NCBI RefSeq assembly: GCF_964355755.1
Contig: NC_092670.1
Location: forward strand, 5,012,201-5,076,200
Length of the DNA: 64,000 bases
Reading direction: 5' to 3'
DNA from: Antedon mediterranea
Lineage: Eukaryota > Animalia > Echinodermata
Made by a program: the position numbers and the translations under genes. Under the pieces are notes generated by a model that made no database searches, was not told the origin of the DNA, and saw only the letters and a list, made by a program, of their open reading frames with translations. Of this stretch, positions 15,501 through 30,500 are shown piece by piece (the first letter of the stretch is position 1; every line of letters begins with the position of its first letter).

Positions 15501-18500
15501 CAAATAGATTCCTTCTATGTTATTGGACGATCAGTGGTCACATAATAAAAAAACAAGTCCTATTCTACGCTCAGGAGTGTATATTTGTCAGTGGAAGACT
15601 ACTCGGACTCCCTTAACAACAATGTCGATCTCTGGTTGTTTAACTAATCGCTGCATGAAAATAGAATTTCATCTTTCACCTCTTGAAATTACTTGTACTA
15701 TTCCACTATAAAATATTCATTATTTGTATATTATAATCACACATTATTATATAAATAAGTTTAGCAATACAAAGTTCTTGGTTCAATTCCTACTAGGACC
15801 ACTTTGTCTCTGACTCCTTTGGAAATAAGTTCATATTTGAGAATGCTGTAAGTTTCACTTGTAATGCAAATTGCCACCTGGACCTAGTTTTAGGTTTAAT
15901 TCCAGTTAGCACTGGCACTCCTCTTGCTTATGTTTATATTATGTAAAAATAGCACCACAGTGGATACTAGACTACGAACAGGTCACATTGAAAATGTTCA
16001 ATAACATACTGTACTCAACATGTGATAATGATTAGTTTAAAGAGGTGTTAGTACAAGAATAGGAGGCATGTTGTGGTTTGTTTGCTACTGAATGAATACA
16101 TTGGAAACACCCACTGTGGTGTGGACAGCATCCCATTGAGACTGGGTCAACCAAGTGTACACAAACAAGCTTGAGGTCGACGACCTCAGCGAAATGATGA
16201 ACATTACGAATAATATGTAACATACTGTAGGTAGGCATTGTAAACATTCTTATAAGATTAAATGATTTTATACTACAATTATAATTTTTCATGATTATAT
16301 ATGTTATTTTCTTATCGAGAATTTGACTTTTTTTTTTCCAACACACTAAAATATTATTCTTATATTTTGGTTTGCTGGTTGACAATCAACAAACTAAAAA
16401 TAATGATCACTTAACTGATAATTGCAACCATTCAAATTTGATAGTAATTTTGATAATTTATTTCACTTTACATAATACGACCAGAATACAGAAATTATAA
16501 TAGCAATTATGATATTTTCTTAAGTCATGCGGCTCCAACCCTGAGGAATAGAACATGAAACTATTTTGCTTTTCATACAGTAGACTTCATCATTAATGTA
16601 TGAAACTGACCTTTGCTATGATCCAGACAATATTAAGGTCAAAGTATTGACCATTAAGATGTTATTACTGCAGTATGCATAAAGTGCTTGACATCCCAAT
16701 GGGGTTATCAAACTATATACTGGTCAACAATACATGTACTGAAGTGTAAGTATTGATTGGACATTCAACAATTTAATTAATAATAGTACCTAAAAACATA
16801 GAAGCCTTGAGATGATGATGAAAGGTAATCTATTTTATTATGGGAACACACATCAAGAAATTTAGAATACACTAGCGCATATCAATATGATCACAAGGAT
16901 ATATAGTCAATATGATCAGAAGGATATATAGTCAATATGATCAGAAGGATAGTCAATATGATCAGAAGGATATATAGTCAATATGATCAGAAGGATATAT
17001 AGTCAATATGATCAGAAGGATATATAGTCAATATGATCAGAAGGATATATAGTCAATATGATCAGAAGGATATATAGTCAATATGATCAGAAGGATATAT
17101 AGTCAATATGATCAGAAGGATATATAGTCAATATGATCAGAAGGATATATAGGCATCAAGAAACTAGGAATAATACACTAGAGTGTATGTCAGTATGCAG
17201 AAGGATACAGGCAAGACATTAAGAATGGAATTGATTGTCAATATGTTCAGAATAATTGATGGTTTCCTTTATTCATTTATTTCACAATCAGTCCATGATT
17301 AGATAAAATAATATTTTGGTAAATATTATTCAACTTCAATTTATTTCATAAATAGTTGTCTGTGAAAAACAATCTATTTCCTTCGCTAGTAGATAATAAT
17401 CAATCAATTCTAAGTGAATTTTAATCAGAGATGAGACGAGCTGAAAGATGAACAAAAGGAAAATCTTTCGTAAAAGGCCACAAACCCATAGAGACAACCT
17501 CAAGTCCATAGGGAGAGATGGCTTATTAGTCTCCGACTTGCAATCCCCCCCCACAGTAACAACTGTAAATTTCAAAAATATTTTGTCATATTAAGTTGAG
17601 CACTTCATTTAACCAATTTTAGGTTCTGCCCCATTCCCCTTTATTTCAAACTTCTGAATCCTCCACTGAAATCTCACAGTATAAGCAAACTTTTTCCGCT
17701 CCTATTCTTGGATCCACCCTTGTTGAATTTCCATATCCCTTCAAAACATACTAAAACACTGTACAAACTCTGTTTCTACTTACTTTAAAGTAGCTTCATG
17801 GATGTTTTGAGCAATTACTGTGTCATCAACTTGCATCCACAGCTCTCCAGAACCAGTGGGTGCTTGACGTCCTACTTCCATGAAAAAGAAGCAGTCAGAA
17901 TGACCACATCGGCGAATGGTTGACAACTGTTTTGATAATAATAGAAAAATGGAAAGATTCATTGATTGTAGTACAATTAATCAATAGAATATAACAAATT
18001 AGTAAAAAAATAATGTATTAAACATAATCGAAAATGTTTTATCATGATGCAATTATGAAAAAAAAATGGGAAGAGGTTCAGTAGGCCCATAGGATTTCCA
18101 TGACTAGGCAGGCCATAAGTTTAAGTCAACTGATATAGCAATGTTACAGTACAACTGCTATACTGAAACTACTGTTCAGCATGGAGGTATATATCCATGT
18201 GTAGAGTTAAATTATAAAACAGTAGGTGAAACATAAATGATAACAGTTCATGTTCAATATCCATAAAATAAAACATTGCACTGTGCAGTTAAAAAAATAA
18301 CCAACAAAAACGTTGTAAAAAAAGGTACAGACAAACTCCTGGTAGGATGTTTGTTTTAAACCAAGATATGTTTTGCAACTTATATGAGTAGTCTGTTGCC
18401 ATCAGCTTTATTCTGAGTGAAAACAGGTGTGTAACACAGGTATGGCACTGAGTTTACACACAAGCAAACTGTGATCTGGATTTTATGAAACATTTGGCTA

Positions 18501-21500
18501 TTGTAATTTTCATTTATTTATCTGTTGTATAAAAATATATTTTTGAATTGCTAATAATATAATTACCAACAGAAGTCATGAAATAAAAATTCTGACACGA
18601 AAAATGAGGATGCATTTTGATTTTCTTTAAATAACAAATTGTTGCTTTGTTTAAGTTGAATATACCAACTCGTACTCGCAGCAAGTGTTTGCTTCACGTT
18701 CCTTCTGGTCGTATTGTTCAGCGGTTACCTAACACATTTAATAGTGTGCTTGTTACTTGTTTGGATATTGATTTATTTATGATAGTTTAAATGTATTTAA
18801 GGGTAACATTGTTAAATCTCTATAATGTTCCAATCTTTGTTTATGTTATTGTTGCTTATTTGAATGTATTATTATAGTTCATTATGTTTAGATTCAACCT
18901 GTTAGTGGCGGTTTTATCGCTGTTGGTTGTCAACTGAATAAAATAAAATATATAAACAGAATAAATAAATAAAAATGGTTTGAAAGAAAACAGTTCTTTT
19001 GGTACTATATTATATTTTCAATAGAGACAGGGAATTAGTTTAAAACTTCATTTGGCAAGACAAACGGGAAGTAAATCTTCTTGTAAAGATCAAACAAAAA
19101 GATCATAAAAGAGATAAAACGATCAAATCATTTATAGTCCGAAAAGTTATCACTTTTGCTGCCAAAGATGAACAAAAACAAGTGAAAGACAACTAAAACA
19201 TCTTCATCAAAGTGGTCATTAATTGGAGGTAGAATTGTATACTTTTTTACATTGCTGACATAGGCTGTTTCATCAAAGTGGTCATTAATTGGAGGTAGTA
19301 TTGTATACTTTTTTACATTGCTGACATAGCCTATGCTATTTAAATAAAACGTATGGTGCAATAACCGTTTATTAACTTGCATAATTAATTTCCATTTCAC
19401 CATTTCCAGTTATGTGTTTCAAATGCAATCATACACTTGGATAACTCACGGTTGTTCAAGTTAAATATCACATACTCAAATAACTCGCATCTAAAATTAA
19501 TTTACAGTATTTATGTACGTTATTGTTGAAAATTGACAAGTGAAAATTATTAGCACAAATAACTCACATCCAAAATTAATATACAGTACAGAATATTACG
19601 CTTTTTATTTTGTGTATCAATTTTGATCAACTTTTGATGTTATCAAAGGAAAGTTTTCCAAATCTGTGACTGATTGACATTTTGTATTAATTCTATTTTT
19701 GTAAAGGAAACAATTTATAGTATTTCACTTTCATCATGCAGATTCAATTTACTTTTCTAATATAGGAATTATATGTACTTAATACATGCACTGTAGGTAT
19801 GTACACAGGACCAACAGCTTTATGTCCCATCCGAATGAGAGTAAAGCAACAAGTTTGAACCCATGTATCACTAGTCCGATTCCCTCACTCTCCGGTCTAT
19901 ACAGCACCAGGAAGTAGGAAGCCTTTTGCCATTTTTGCCCTGATCAGAGGTACATCAGAGTTTTATAGGATGTATTATGAAAGAGCTTGCACTACCTCAG
20001 AACTCTGATATGATTCGGATCAGCCTAAAAATGTATAATGTACTGTTCAACTATACATACATACAAATTATCTATTATCACATCAAATCAAACCAATAAA
20101 TCTTCAATATGACATTCGTTTGCAATGTTATGATTAACAATGGATTCTTACAGGAAATTCTAGGTCTCCATCTCCGTCACTTAACATCTTCACTAAATGA
20201 ACTGTCTTGCTTGTTAAACATAGCTGGTAGTTTCCAATCCGATTCTGACTCGAACCAATGCCTTTGGAATTCAACCGCACCTGCCAAATATGCTCTAGGG
20301 TTAAAATCAAATGAAAATAACAGTTAAAATTTAGTTGAAACTAAACATTTTTGTTTAAAAACTCCAAACCTTTATACTTCTGTAAAATGAACAAATTGTT
20401 ATTTGTTTTTGGAATTCAAACAGACTTCCGAAATGTTCTTGAAGATTAAAATAGAAAATAATACAGTAGTTTCAAAATGTGAATGTAAAAAAAAGATTAA
20501 AATTATATTTTTGTAAAATGTTAATAGTGTTTTAATTGTTCTGCCATTTGTTGTGCTATTCTAAAACATTACAGTATATTGTGTCTTCTATTCTTTATTA
20601 TATAACACCTATATAAATTCCTGTCATTTGATTGGACGAATGTGGGTCACATGGCGTGCAATAGTACGCACTATTCAACGATCGTTAAATAGTACTTTTT
20701 GAAACATTTTTGTTTGTTATTTAGATGTTATATAAAACAAATAATGAATGTTTTGTATTCGTGTAATGGTACAAATAATGGCACTTGGTGAATGATGAAA
20801 GGTTATATCAACTCGGCTTTGCCTCGTTGATATAACCTTTCATCATTCACCTCGTGCCATTATTTGTACCATTGCACTCATAAACATTCATTATTTGTAT
20901 AATATAGTATTAAACTGACTAATAATTTAATAATAATAATAACTTTATCGATCGCTTTTTGTTCCATTGTTTCCTTCATAAAAGTGTGCAAATTGTAATC
21001 ACCATTTGGTAACCCACCCCCAATTATAAGCTCACCCTCAAATGCCCACCGTCCAAGCCGCACAGAAGCACAGGAATAACCCAATAGTAGGGCCTATTGA
21101 GAGTACCTCTGATAAAAACAGATTGCCTCTGGAAATTTTGACAGTAAGGCTACATAATATATTTTCTTACACATAAAGTCATAAAAGTGCTTAACATTCA
21201 TATAGCACACAATCCAATACTGTATGTTATTGAAATGAAACCTGCACAAATTGGTTTTTATCAGATACAGTTATAGCTTATCTCTATGTTCATAATTGAA
21301 CAGAGTCAACCTAGATTGTATATAACCTTTCAGTCTCCATAGCCAGAATGGACACATATGCTAAGTTTCTTAATGCTGTTCTTATCCAATGGTCAAGATA
21401 CTAAGATACTGTCATTCTTGGTGATTTCACTATACAAACATAAATTTCTAGTACTCTGATAGCAAAAGGCACGCTGTGATATTTAGCTAGAACAATAAAA

Positions 21501-24500
21501 CGTAAGTGGTAACTATTGCGATATCTATCCAAAGTTTACCTACTTTAGACTCGTGAAATTATTCACCATGGATGAAAAACACTTGTCGACGTGCATCATC
21601 ATTTAACCTTTTACTTGAAATGTTAATTAAAATGTTAGAAAAGTAAATCTCGATGCTGATACGATTCTAAATTGTGTTCATTATGAATAAAGTTGACAGT
21701 GGCAAACACAATTTTTACATGTGACCTACATTTAGATACAGTAGTAAACAAAGTGTTCGAATCTACTAATTATAAAATACTGTACTTTACTCATTAAAAG
21801 TCAGAAGATCTACAGTAGACAGTAATTACAAAAATAATTTGGCTCATTTTCTGTTATGTACCCCAATTTTTGAAAAATAATTTAAATAAAATGAAAGATT
21901 TAGTTAATAATGCTACAATCAAATACCACCAAAGAGACAACATCCACAACACGTACAATATAAAATAATCGTATAAAAGTATTAAGGAAATGCACATTTT
22001 TAGTTGGTTGTGAATTGAAGTCCGCTTATGATATAATTGCAATCTTCTTAAACCTAGTGCGGAAATCGTGATACTTGAATCAGAATAAGCTCACACATTT
22101 CTGAAGTAATTGATATAATTGAAATTGAACAAGTGAAAGCAATTCAACCAGCAATATTGATTGCTTTCATACAGAGGGTGAGCCAAAAATGTCTTGATTT
22201 TGTTTAAAATACCTATAGTACTGTGTTATTATCACTAAGTATATATAACTAAAATGCTAATAAGAAGAATAGTATTTAAATAACTTTATAAATTATTTTA
22301 TTTGCCATGACGGATATCCTCTGTATAGATGAATACCTACTGTCTGTATTTCTATGAGAAAAAATAAACCTACAGTACTTATTTTATATACTACAGTAAT
22401 TAACTGATGAATGATTAAATAACACCCACAAGAGACAGAGCCCTTTGCAAAATTAACACGTACAGCATAATAATACGGACGTTGGTCTTAAAACAATGAC
22501 ACCTACTGCTTCATTCAATTTCACCTGGTGTAATTTACCAGTGTGACGTTAGCACGTATAGTATCTCTCAGCTGTTTTAAGATGAAATTAGTACACCCTG
22601 ACTTATGTACATAAAGCAAGGTACCCACTGTACACTACATAGCCTTACAATGGCCTTTAATGTGTTGTGGGTCTTTTTAGGAATAAAATCAAACCAAAGT
22701 TAATATTGGACTTGGATAATTTAAACATGAAAATTATTCCACCAAAAAGGTACGGGCTTACCCTAGAGGTGTGCTTAAACTCAAGGTTTATCTTATACTA
22801 AGGTGTGTGCTTATACCTGAGTGCGGGCTTACAATGGGATGCGAATAAAATAAAATAAATTTCTGCATTCATATTTCTTCAACGTACGTATGTGCATGTT
22901 GTGTTTACATGGATAACCTAACTCGTCAAAAGTGACGAGTTCAAATCTTACAGTTTTATATTTATCATTGACGACTTAGCCAGAGCCGTATACAGATTTG
23001 TTATTTTAAGTATTTTATCTTTAGATCTCGACCATAAACATTTTTTTTATCCCTATGTTCTCTAAAAACATGTTTTGCCATTTTCCTCTGATAAAATCGT
23101 TTGCAAATCACAATACAATTAAATTACTAGTTCTCAAATTCATTCTATCAAAACACTTGAAGAACATTTAAAGATTTGTTTTTCTCCAAGATCCATACAC
23201 TGGCTGTGATGACGTATACATTGTCTAATTTGCGTTGAATGCTTTAATACATTGAAACTAATTAACTTGCTTTCTTATCTAAGAATAGAATATTTTATTA
23301 TCATTTAATGAATGCGAGAGAATGTATTCAATCTTCCTGAGTCAAGAAGATGTCTTTGTATAACACTTTCATCTTTCCAACCTTGAAAAAATGTAAAATG
23401 TACTTCATCCCCTCAGGTTATGATAAAATGTGTAGGTGGTAGTTAATATACTGTACAGATCATTAATTTCATTCTACTGTCAATATGCTAGCAATTAGCA
23501 TTGTGAGTTTAATTTTCATTATGTATCAGAAAGGATGTGTTCTAATTGTCATTGGCTATGCTAATAGATTATTACACCGATTAGTTCCATTAGGTTTATC
23601 AGAGTAGGTTGTTTACAATCATTAATTTCCTTCTGTACACATTGTTTGTAATTGTATTGATTTTAATGTGTTTGATAATGTTATCATTGGCTATAAATAA
23701 TGATAGATTATTACTTTAGAAATTGATATTCATACCACATACTGTACTGTAGTTACTGTATGACAGTACAGTAGGTTGTTTAAACATTCCTTCTACAAAC
23801 TGTACATTGTGAATATTTAATTTTTTAGGAAATGTTTTTGTTTTATCATTGGCTAATAAAGCTCTATCTACACTATCAAACTACTTTGACAAAAAAGTGA
23901 GTTGTGCTCAAATATGGTAGTGATATGCCAAAATATGGTAGTGATATGATATCATCATGTCCATATATGGGTACATCACATTTTTTTGTCACATAAAGTT
24001 TGATAGTGTAGACAGAGCTTTATGATAGATTATTTACCTACAGTATAAAGTGACATTAGTACCCCATTGATTTATTAAAGAAAGTTTTTATACACAATCA
24101 TAATGTTGTCCTTCTATACTCACTCAGTGTTTGATAATGTTATCATTGGCAAATAATGATGATAGATTATTACATGGAAAGGACATTAGTTACCCCATTA
24201 GGTTTATGGCAGTAGGTTGTATACAATCATTAATTTCCTTTACAGTACTAACCGTACCGTCTGTATTGTGAATATTTGATATTAATAGAGAATTTATGCT
24301 TGATAATGTTATCATTGGCTAATAATGACAGATTATTATATGGAAAAAACATTAGTACGTCCCATTATGTTTATGGCAGTAGGTTTTATACAATCAATCA
24401 TTTTGTGTATACGATGTTAAAATAATTATAAAAAATTGATGTGTTTAATCGTTTTATGATAATTGCACCGAAAGTGGCATTGTAGTGTACAATAGAAACA

Positions 24501-27500
24501 AATCAGGTACTGTATTGTTTTGTAGAGGGCTTCGGTGCTTCGCCCCAGACCGGCTCCTGTGACAGCCTCAGCTAGCTTTGCACACATGGCACCTGGTTGG
24601 GAAATCCCGGCACCACCACAGGCTCTACCTAGTAATTGGTTTATTTCAATTTGATATCCATTGTAAAGTACAATACAACAAAATAAACCAGTCATAACAA
24701 TAACATTGGCGACAAAAGTACAAAATATGTGGGGCTGTTGTATATCAAAAGCAATAGTAAAACAAAATATTAGAAAAAACATTTTTTTTTTGTACACGAA
24801 AAAAAGGACTTTTAAACGATCGTTTCATAGTACATACTATTGCACGCCATGTGACTAACATTTCGTCCAATCAAATGACAGAAATTTATTTAGGTGTTAT
24901 ATAAAACAAAATAATAAATACCAAACGCTGGAACACTCTTGTTATATTCTCTATTTGGCTGCAATTGTATAAGAGCTTCCAGCCACTCGTCCTGTACTTG
25001 TTCATTTTCCAGCACAATACAGAAGCAGTCGTTACGTGTATATAGCGCCAACATGTACTTATGCTTTGGGTCGTGTTTCTTATTGATGTTGAAGCAACAA
25101 TTTAGTTGTATTGCTCGTTTTGAGGTAGAGCCAGATAGAAATTTCTTCTCGGAGTCATAGTATTCTAGAGTTGATATTCCAGTTGCACCACATCGAAGTA
25201 CAAAGAACTTTCTTTTCATAGTCTGTGAAGAAATAAATAAATTTGATTTTATAGCTACTGTATGGATTGGTATGTACATTTTCAACTATTCCCTACTACT
25301 GTGGGGATGACAGTGCACTATGGGCCTGTTCGTAGGGGTTGAAAATACCAGCTTATTCCCGATTTCCGTTCGCGTGATCCAATTAACTTTTGGCTCAGGC
25401 TACAAAAAATTCGAGGCAAAATGTTCACCAAATTTGCAGGTTATTTCAGCGATAATCCAATTATACTCGGCCTTCGAGGATAATAAATCTCCGATAGAGG
25501 CAATGTGTCAAATTTTGACAAACGTTCGCTGCCTAGGCCCGTCATTTCTCCTACGAAGCTCTTCCATACAGGCTTCGAGAGCGATCGTCAGCTGGTGCTG
25601 TCCTTCGTCGTGTAACATTGGGCTCAAATTCTTCGTCAATGAGTAAAATAATGGTCGTCAGGAGAAGGCATATTTCGGCAGGATTATCGGCGTTAAGAGG
25701 CTAAAGGTTTGTCGCAAGGATAAGCAGTGTAAAAGGTAGCAAGTAATTGTTATTGTAAAGAAAGATCGCGAGTAAAAAATATACAACACGCAAAACTAGC
25801 GTGCGAAAATGTACGAACAACGCTCAATTTATAACCCGAGGCATGGGTGAAATTAAGCGCTTATTTTAACCACCGTACGAACACGACCTATGTCTGAATC
25901 AATCTAGAGCTATGATTCTGCTGCATATCATCAAAATGGTATAAAAATACTATAATAATATACGGTATGATTGTATATAATTACTTACTAAAGAAATATG
26001 GTATGTTAAAGGCAGCAGAAATGTCATACAATATCCAAAAACAAATCAAGATATTAATATGGTATACTGTTTTATTAGACCCATTTCTGCCTCCCCCCTC
26101 CCCCAAAAAAAAAAAAAAAAAACAATGTATATAAATATACTGTAATAATACTCAACAAATCTTGAAAATATATTTATAACTTTATTTAATTCTCAAGTCA
26201 TGTCTTACTTGAAGATGTAAACTGTTTATAAATTGTATTTCCAACTTGATTGACATTACAATATCGTTGTCATCTAACATTCATTTGTTCAAGTCAAATC
26301 AAGTCAAGTATCATTTATTATCATTTGTTTTAAGAAAAAATATAGATATTCTGTTTGCTCTGTTGGCGGAGCACAATATCCAACGGACACAACACGAACT
26401 CAAAAACAAAAACATTACAAAAAAGTGTCTACATTATGTTTAAGGCTCTAATAGCTCCTGGAAAGAAACTATTTGTAAATCGTGCCTTATTGGCCTTAAT
26501 AGAACAAAATTGCCGACCGCTGCGCATTAACTGGAACATACTAGAGGCCGGATGAAATTGATCATCTTTGATAGCCACTGCCTTTTTCAGAAGACGATCC
26601 GAAAATATGTTGCTATTGCGTATGTTAGTTATCTTTAATCATTGTGGATTACCAATTTAACTGTCTGTCTAACATGAAGCAAGACAGTACATTAGCATTC
26701 AGCCACCTGCTGCCTACACTTTGATGCAGAGACCACAGCACATATGTTCAGAATAAAGCCATACTTCAGATAAGGGCCTGTTCAGACAGAGTTACAGTTT
26801 GTATAATACGTGAAATATTAGTGGAACGAAGAATTTTATACTGTAAATTTACAGTGAAAGCAGTACAGTACATGATTAGTGGATGCTTACAGTACATACA
26901 GTATGTTATAAAAGTCTTAAATCAAACAATACACAAGTCATCACCAACTTATCAACTTGATCCTTGCTTTAAAATATCATCAGATCTTTTATTCCATTTG
27001 CGACATTTACATTACAATAAGAGTGGAATAGTTTTATGTTAATTTTTGAATTCGGGTAGAATTCTTCTTTTCGTATTTGTTTCGCACTTCGTGGAAAAGG
27101 GCTATTGTCGGGTTTATCCAGGTAAGCAGGCACGTAATAGACTACAAAATTACTGTTTTTTGTTTTACCTTAATATAGACCAACATGTTTTAATGGGATT
27201 AGTCAAATGTAAGCTGTTGATGTAATTTAGCAAAATCAAATCAGCAACACCAATTACTGAACCTGGGTCCCCTAAAAAAACAGGTGCTTCTAGTTCTACA
27301 GTCACTTATACATTTATTCTGACCATGATATGATTTAGAACAAAGGAAAGTAATACAAAAATCCTATAAAACTTAAGTGCACAACTTTATTTGCATTATT
27401 TTGATTTATTGAAAGGCAAGTGCAAAATTAATAAAACTAACTTGCTAATTGTGCAATATGCTTTTTTACTGCTGTACTAAATATAACCCTCAATTACATG

Positions 27501-30500
27501 TCACTATATTTTTATAGCTAAAATTAAATTGAAATAAATCAATTAATTAGTCTATGACTACATTTTTTTTAAAAAGTTAAAGCAGACAACTCCCTGGTTA
27601 AAGTCTTGATTATCATTAGTCAAACTACAAAATACTGTACCATAATAAAAATAAGATTAAATTAATTTGAAACAGACATTTAAAATCTAATGTTAGTTTT
27701 ATTTAAAAAGGAAAGAAAATATTATAGAGGTTACCTTATTAGAGGTTTCACAACATTAAGCGCTATATAAATCCAGGATATTATTATTAGTTTGAAAGAT
27801 GGAACAGTCCCTTAGATTACCCAAACAGGATAGCGTAAAAGTGCAATTTTTATTATTGTAAGCTGATGTATTGTATTTATCAATCTCCTTCTTTTGTTAA
27901 TTTCCCCATGAGGGATGAATAAAGATTATATTGAACTTAACATGACCATAGATCTTTTGCAATACAACTTTCAACATTTAAGGAGATGGAGTGGGGCAGA
28001 TGGCTGGGTCACCCCTTGATGTCTGCCTACTGTAGTTGTTTAGTTATTTACTGTATAAATAATCCGTAGCTTAATAACCATGATATTTATAATTTCCTAC
28101 AGTAAAAATACAGCATACAGTACTAGTAGTAAAATCTAATAAATCTTTGCAGGTGAAAGTAAATCTCTTGATAGAAAAGTAACATTTTTTTTCAAGGCCA
28201 AAATGAAAAGACAGATTACCTAGAAAACAAGCATAAAACATGTAAACTGAGGGATGTCAGGGTATTAGAAAGGTATAATATTAATGATGTTTAGCCTTCA
28301 GGACCATTTTTCCCAAGGCCTAATAAAACAAATATAAATCAAGCATAAAGTGAAAAGTAACTGTAAAAAGTAAATGCTGTGATGTCATGCTATATGGATG
28401 TTACATCAAGACTTTTTTCTGTTGCATAAAAAGAATAATCGTATTTATCGCATTTAATTTTGCAAAATTTGTACTTGTAAAAATTGTTTATCAGTGGGTC
28501 ATCATTAACGAAAAATGTTGATAAAGTTGGTAGTTGACTTTAAGGCAGGAAGGACAGTCAATTAATATAACTGTTATTTTTGTTTTAATTAAAATTTGGA
28601 TAGCGATAACCAGTTAAATAGCGTGCCAACACCAAATCGAGAAGGACAATCAAGCAATTTTGTTCGGTTTCTGCGTCCAGTAAATTGGGGGTTATTTATT
28701 CACAGGGTTTTATTTTTGTAGCAGTGGTGCAGGTACTGTAGTCTATTTGAGTGCTACTGTAGCTTTACCTGGATAAACCGACAATAGCCTTTCTCCTCAA
28801 AAGAGTGAGATATAACTAAAAAAGTAGACATTTTCATTTTACACTCCTCTACAAAAATGGTATAGTCCAGAAAAAGATGCTTTCAGGTAAAAACCATATT
28901 TTCACTTATAAACAAAACATTGCAAGATATGACATCAAGTAAAAATTACTCTACTACCTAGTAAATTAAAATGTCAATGTCATTGTCATTCTTGTGTCAA
29001 AATACTCATAAAGTAACAATTTTAAGCCTGCTAGTAAAGAATAGTTTGCCAAAGGCCTAAAATATCCTAAACACATAGAACATAAATTAAAGTTTAAAAG
29101 CACTGCTAGTGGATGTCAAGCTACCTGAAGTGTAATACAATTTTAAGCCATGTGAGCATATTGTAAGGCAATAAAAGCACATTACAGATGGATCTTTAAA
29201 GCCTCTGAAAGCTTCAGAGAATACAACCCCAGATAAAGGTCACAAACGCATTATATTTAGCAATGTTTCTATTAGTAGGGGTCATGTTTCAACTACCTGT
29301 CACATGTTTAAATGAGCGTATTATATTTTGGGTATTTTATATGTTATTGTCGATAACCACCCACCCAACTGATTTAAATGGTAATTTGGAGGCAGAAATG
29401 CGGACAATACAATATGAAAATAATATTTTTGATAAACAGTTTGTTTGACACTATGCAGCAGAAACAGATTCTGGCTTGAGACACTGTAAGTGTATGGTAT
29501 CGTTTCTCTATATTTTTTTTTCAATAATTGCATGACTGTGACTTAAGTAACACATTTCTGACTCGAAAAAAAAAAGGTCATTTAGGTTTCCCCTTCCCTC
29601 ACTAACTTTTTTCAGACTGTCGACTCTACAACAATATTCTTTTATTTATACTATATGAGGGCCTGTTTCTAGCATTTAAAGCCAAATAATTAAAAAGTAT
29701 ACTGAATACTACTTTTTTAAAATTCTTTATAAATAAAGAACAAATAATGTAAAAAATTAAATATAATTGCACGCACATCGACAAACATGACAGGGTCGGA
29801 AACAGAATAATAATAATTCTGTTTGAATGTGTTCAGAAAAAGACGTACGTACACAACGACGTTACGAAAAGAAATGATGACGATGATAAGTGGGTGTGTC
29901 TCACTTGAGGGCGTACTGGTGGCGAACTGATCCATTATCCGACGGGGGTGGAGAAAAATTAATGTTATTAATGTTCTTCTTTTCGTAATGTTTACCTCTC
30001 GTCGGAGAGAGAGGCTTATGTTGGTTTATCCAGGTAAGCTAGGCACGATATAGACTCTATAATAATAACTAAAAAACAATTAATTAATGATTAACCATAC
30101 AGATGGTAATAATTATAGAATTAGATTATAAAGTATTTTGTTAATTACAACAACGGGTAGCTCAATTTCCAAAGGTGTCGATGGTAATTGCCTCGTCGAT
30201 TTCCGGGACAATTTGACGTAAACAGATCAATACATTGTCAGATAGCATAACATAATCAATATCTAGAAAAAGATATGAACATGGATTTTTTTATAGAAAT
30301 ATCTTTAGAATAGCTTATGAATATCAGATGTCACAGCTAAGCCAATAGGATGTCAGTGGGTCAAAGGTCATGGTCACTGTGTTTGTTTTTAAATTTCGGT
30401 CCATTTAAAAAAATAACAATTGTTATAGTATGGTTGAGAGGGCATTATGGTTCAATCGCCATATCATAACTGGTAGACAGATAGGTTCAATTCAAATCTA

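Noticed and set aside
531-16385. Numerous 60-120 aa ORFs in the ORF track
   Set aside because: AT-rich, biased to F/I/L/Y/K, with no motifs or splice-consistent structure; expected by chance in introns, apart from those overlapping the exons and LINE fragments listed.
21036-21108. Exon-like segment between the IRS PH and PTB exons
   Set aside because: Contains an in-frame stop in the required phase; the flanking exons join correctly without it.
24426-24797. 123-aa ORF or GC-rich cassette exon
   Set aside because: Donor phase is incompatible with IRS; the GC-rich core looks like a repeat fragment and the rest is low-complexity.
25320-25646. 108-aa ORF
   Set aside because: Lies inside a TIR-bounded element and has no recognisable domain.
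26209-26280. Alternative IRS first exon [24 protein letters not shown] with a phase-0 GTAAG donor
   Set aside because: It abuts a LINE tail, lacks the GYLxK strand of the PH domain, and a much better first coding exon exists at 37055-37144. Not excluded, but unsupported.
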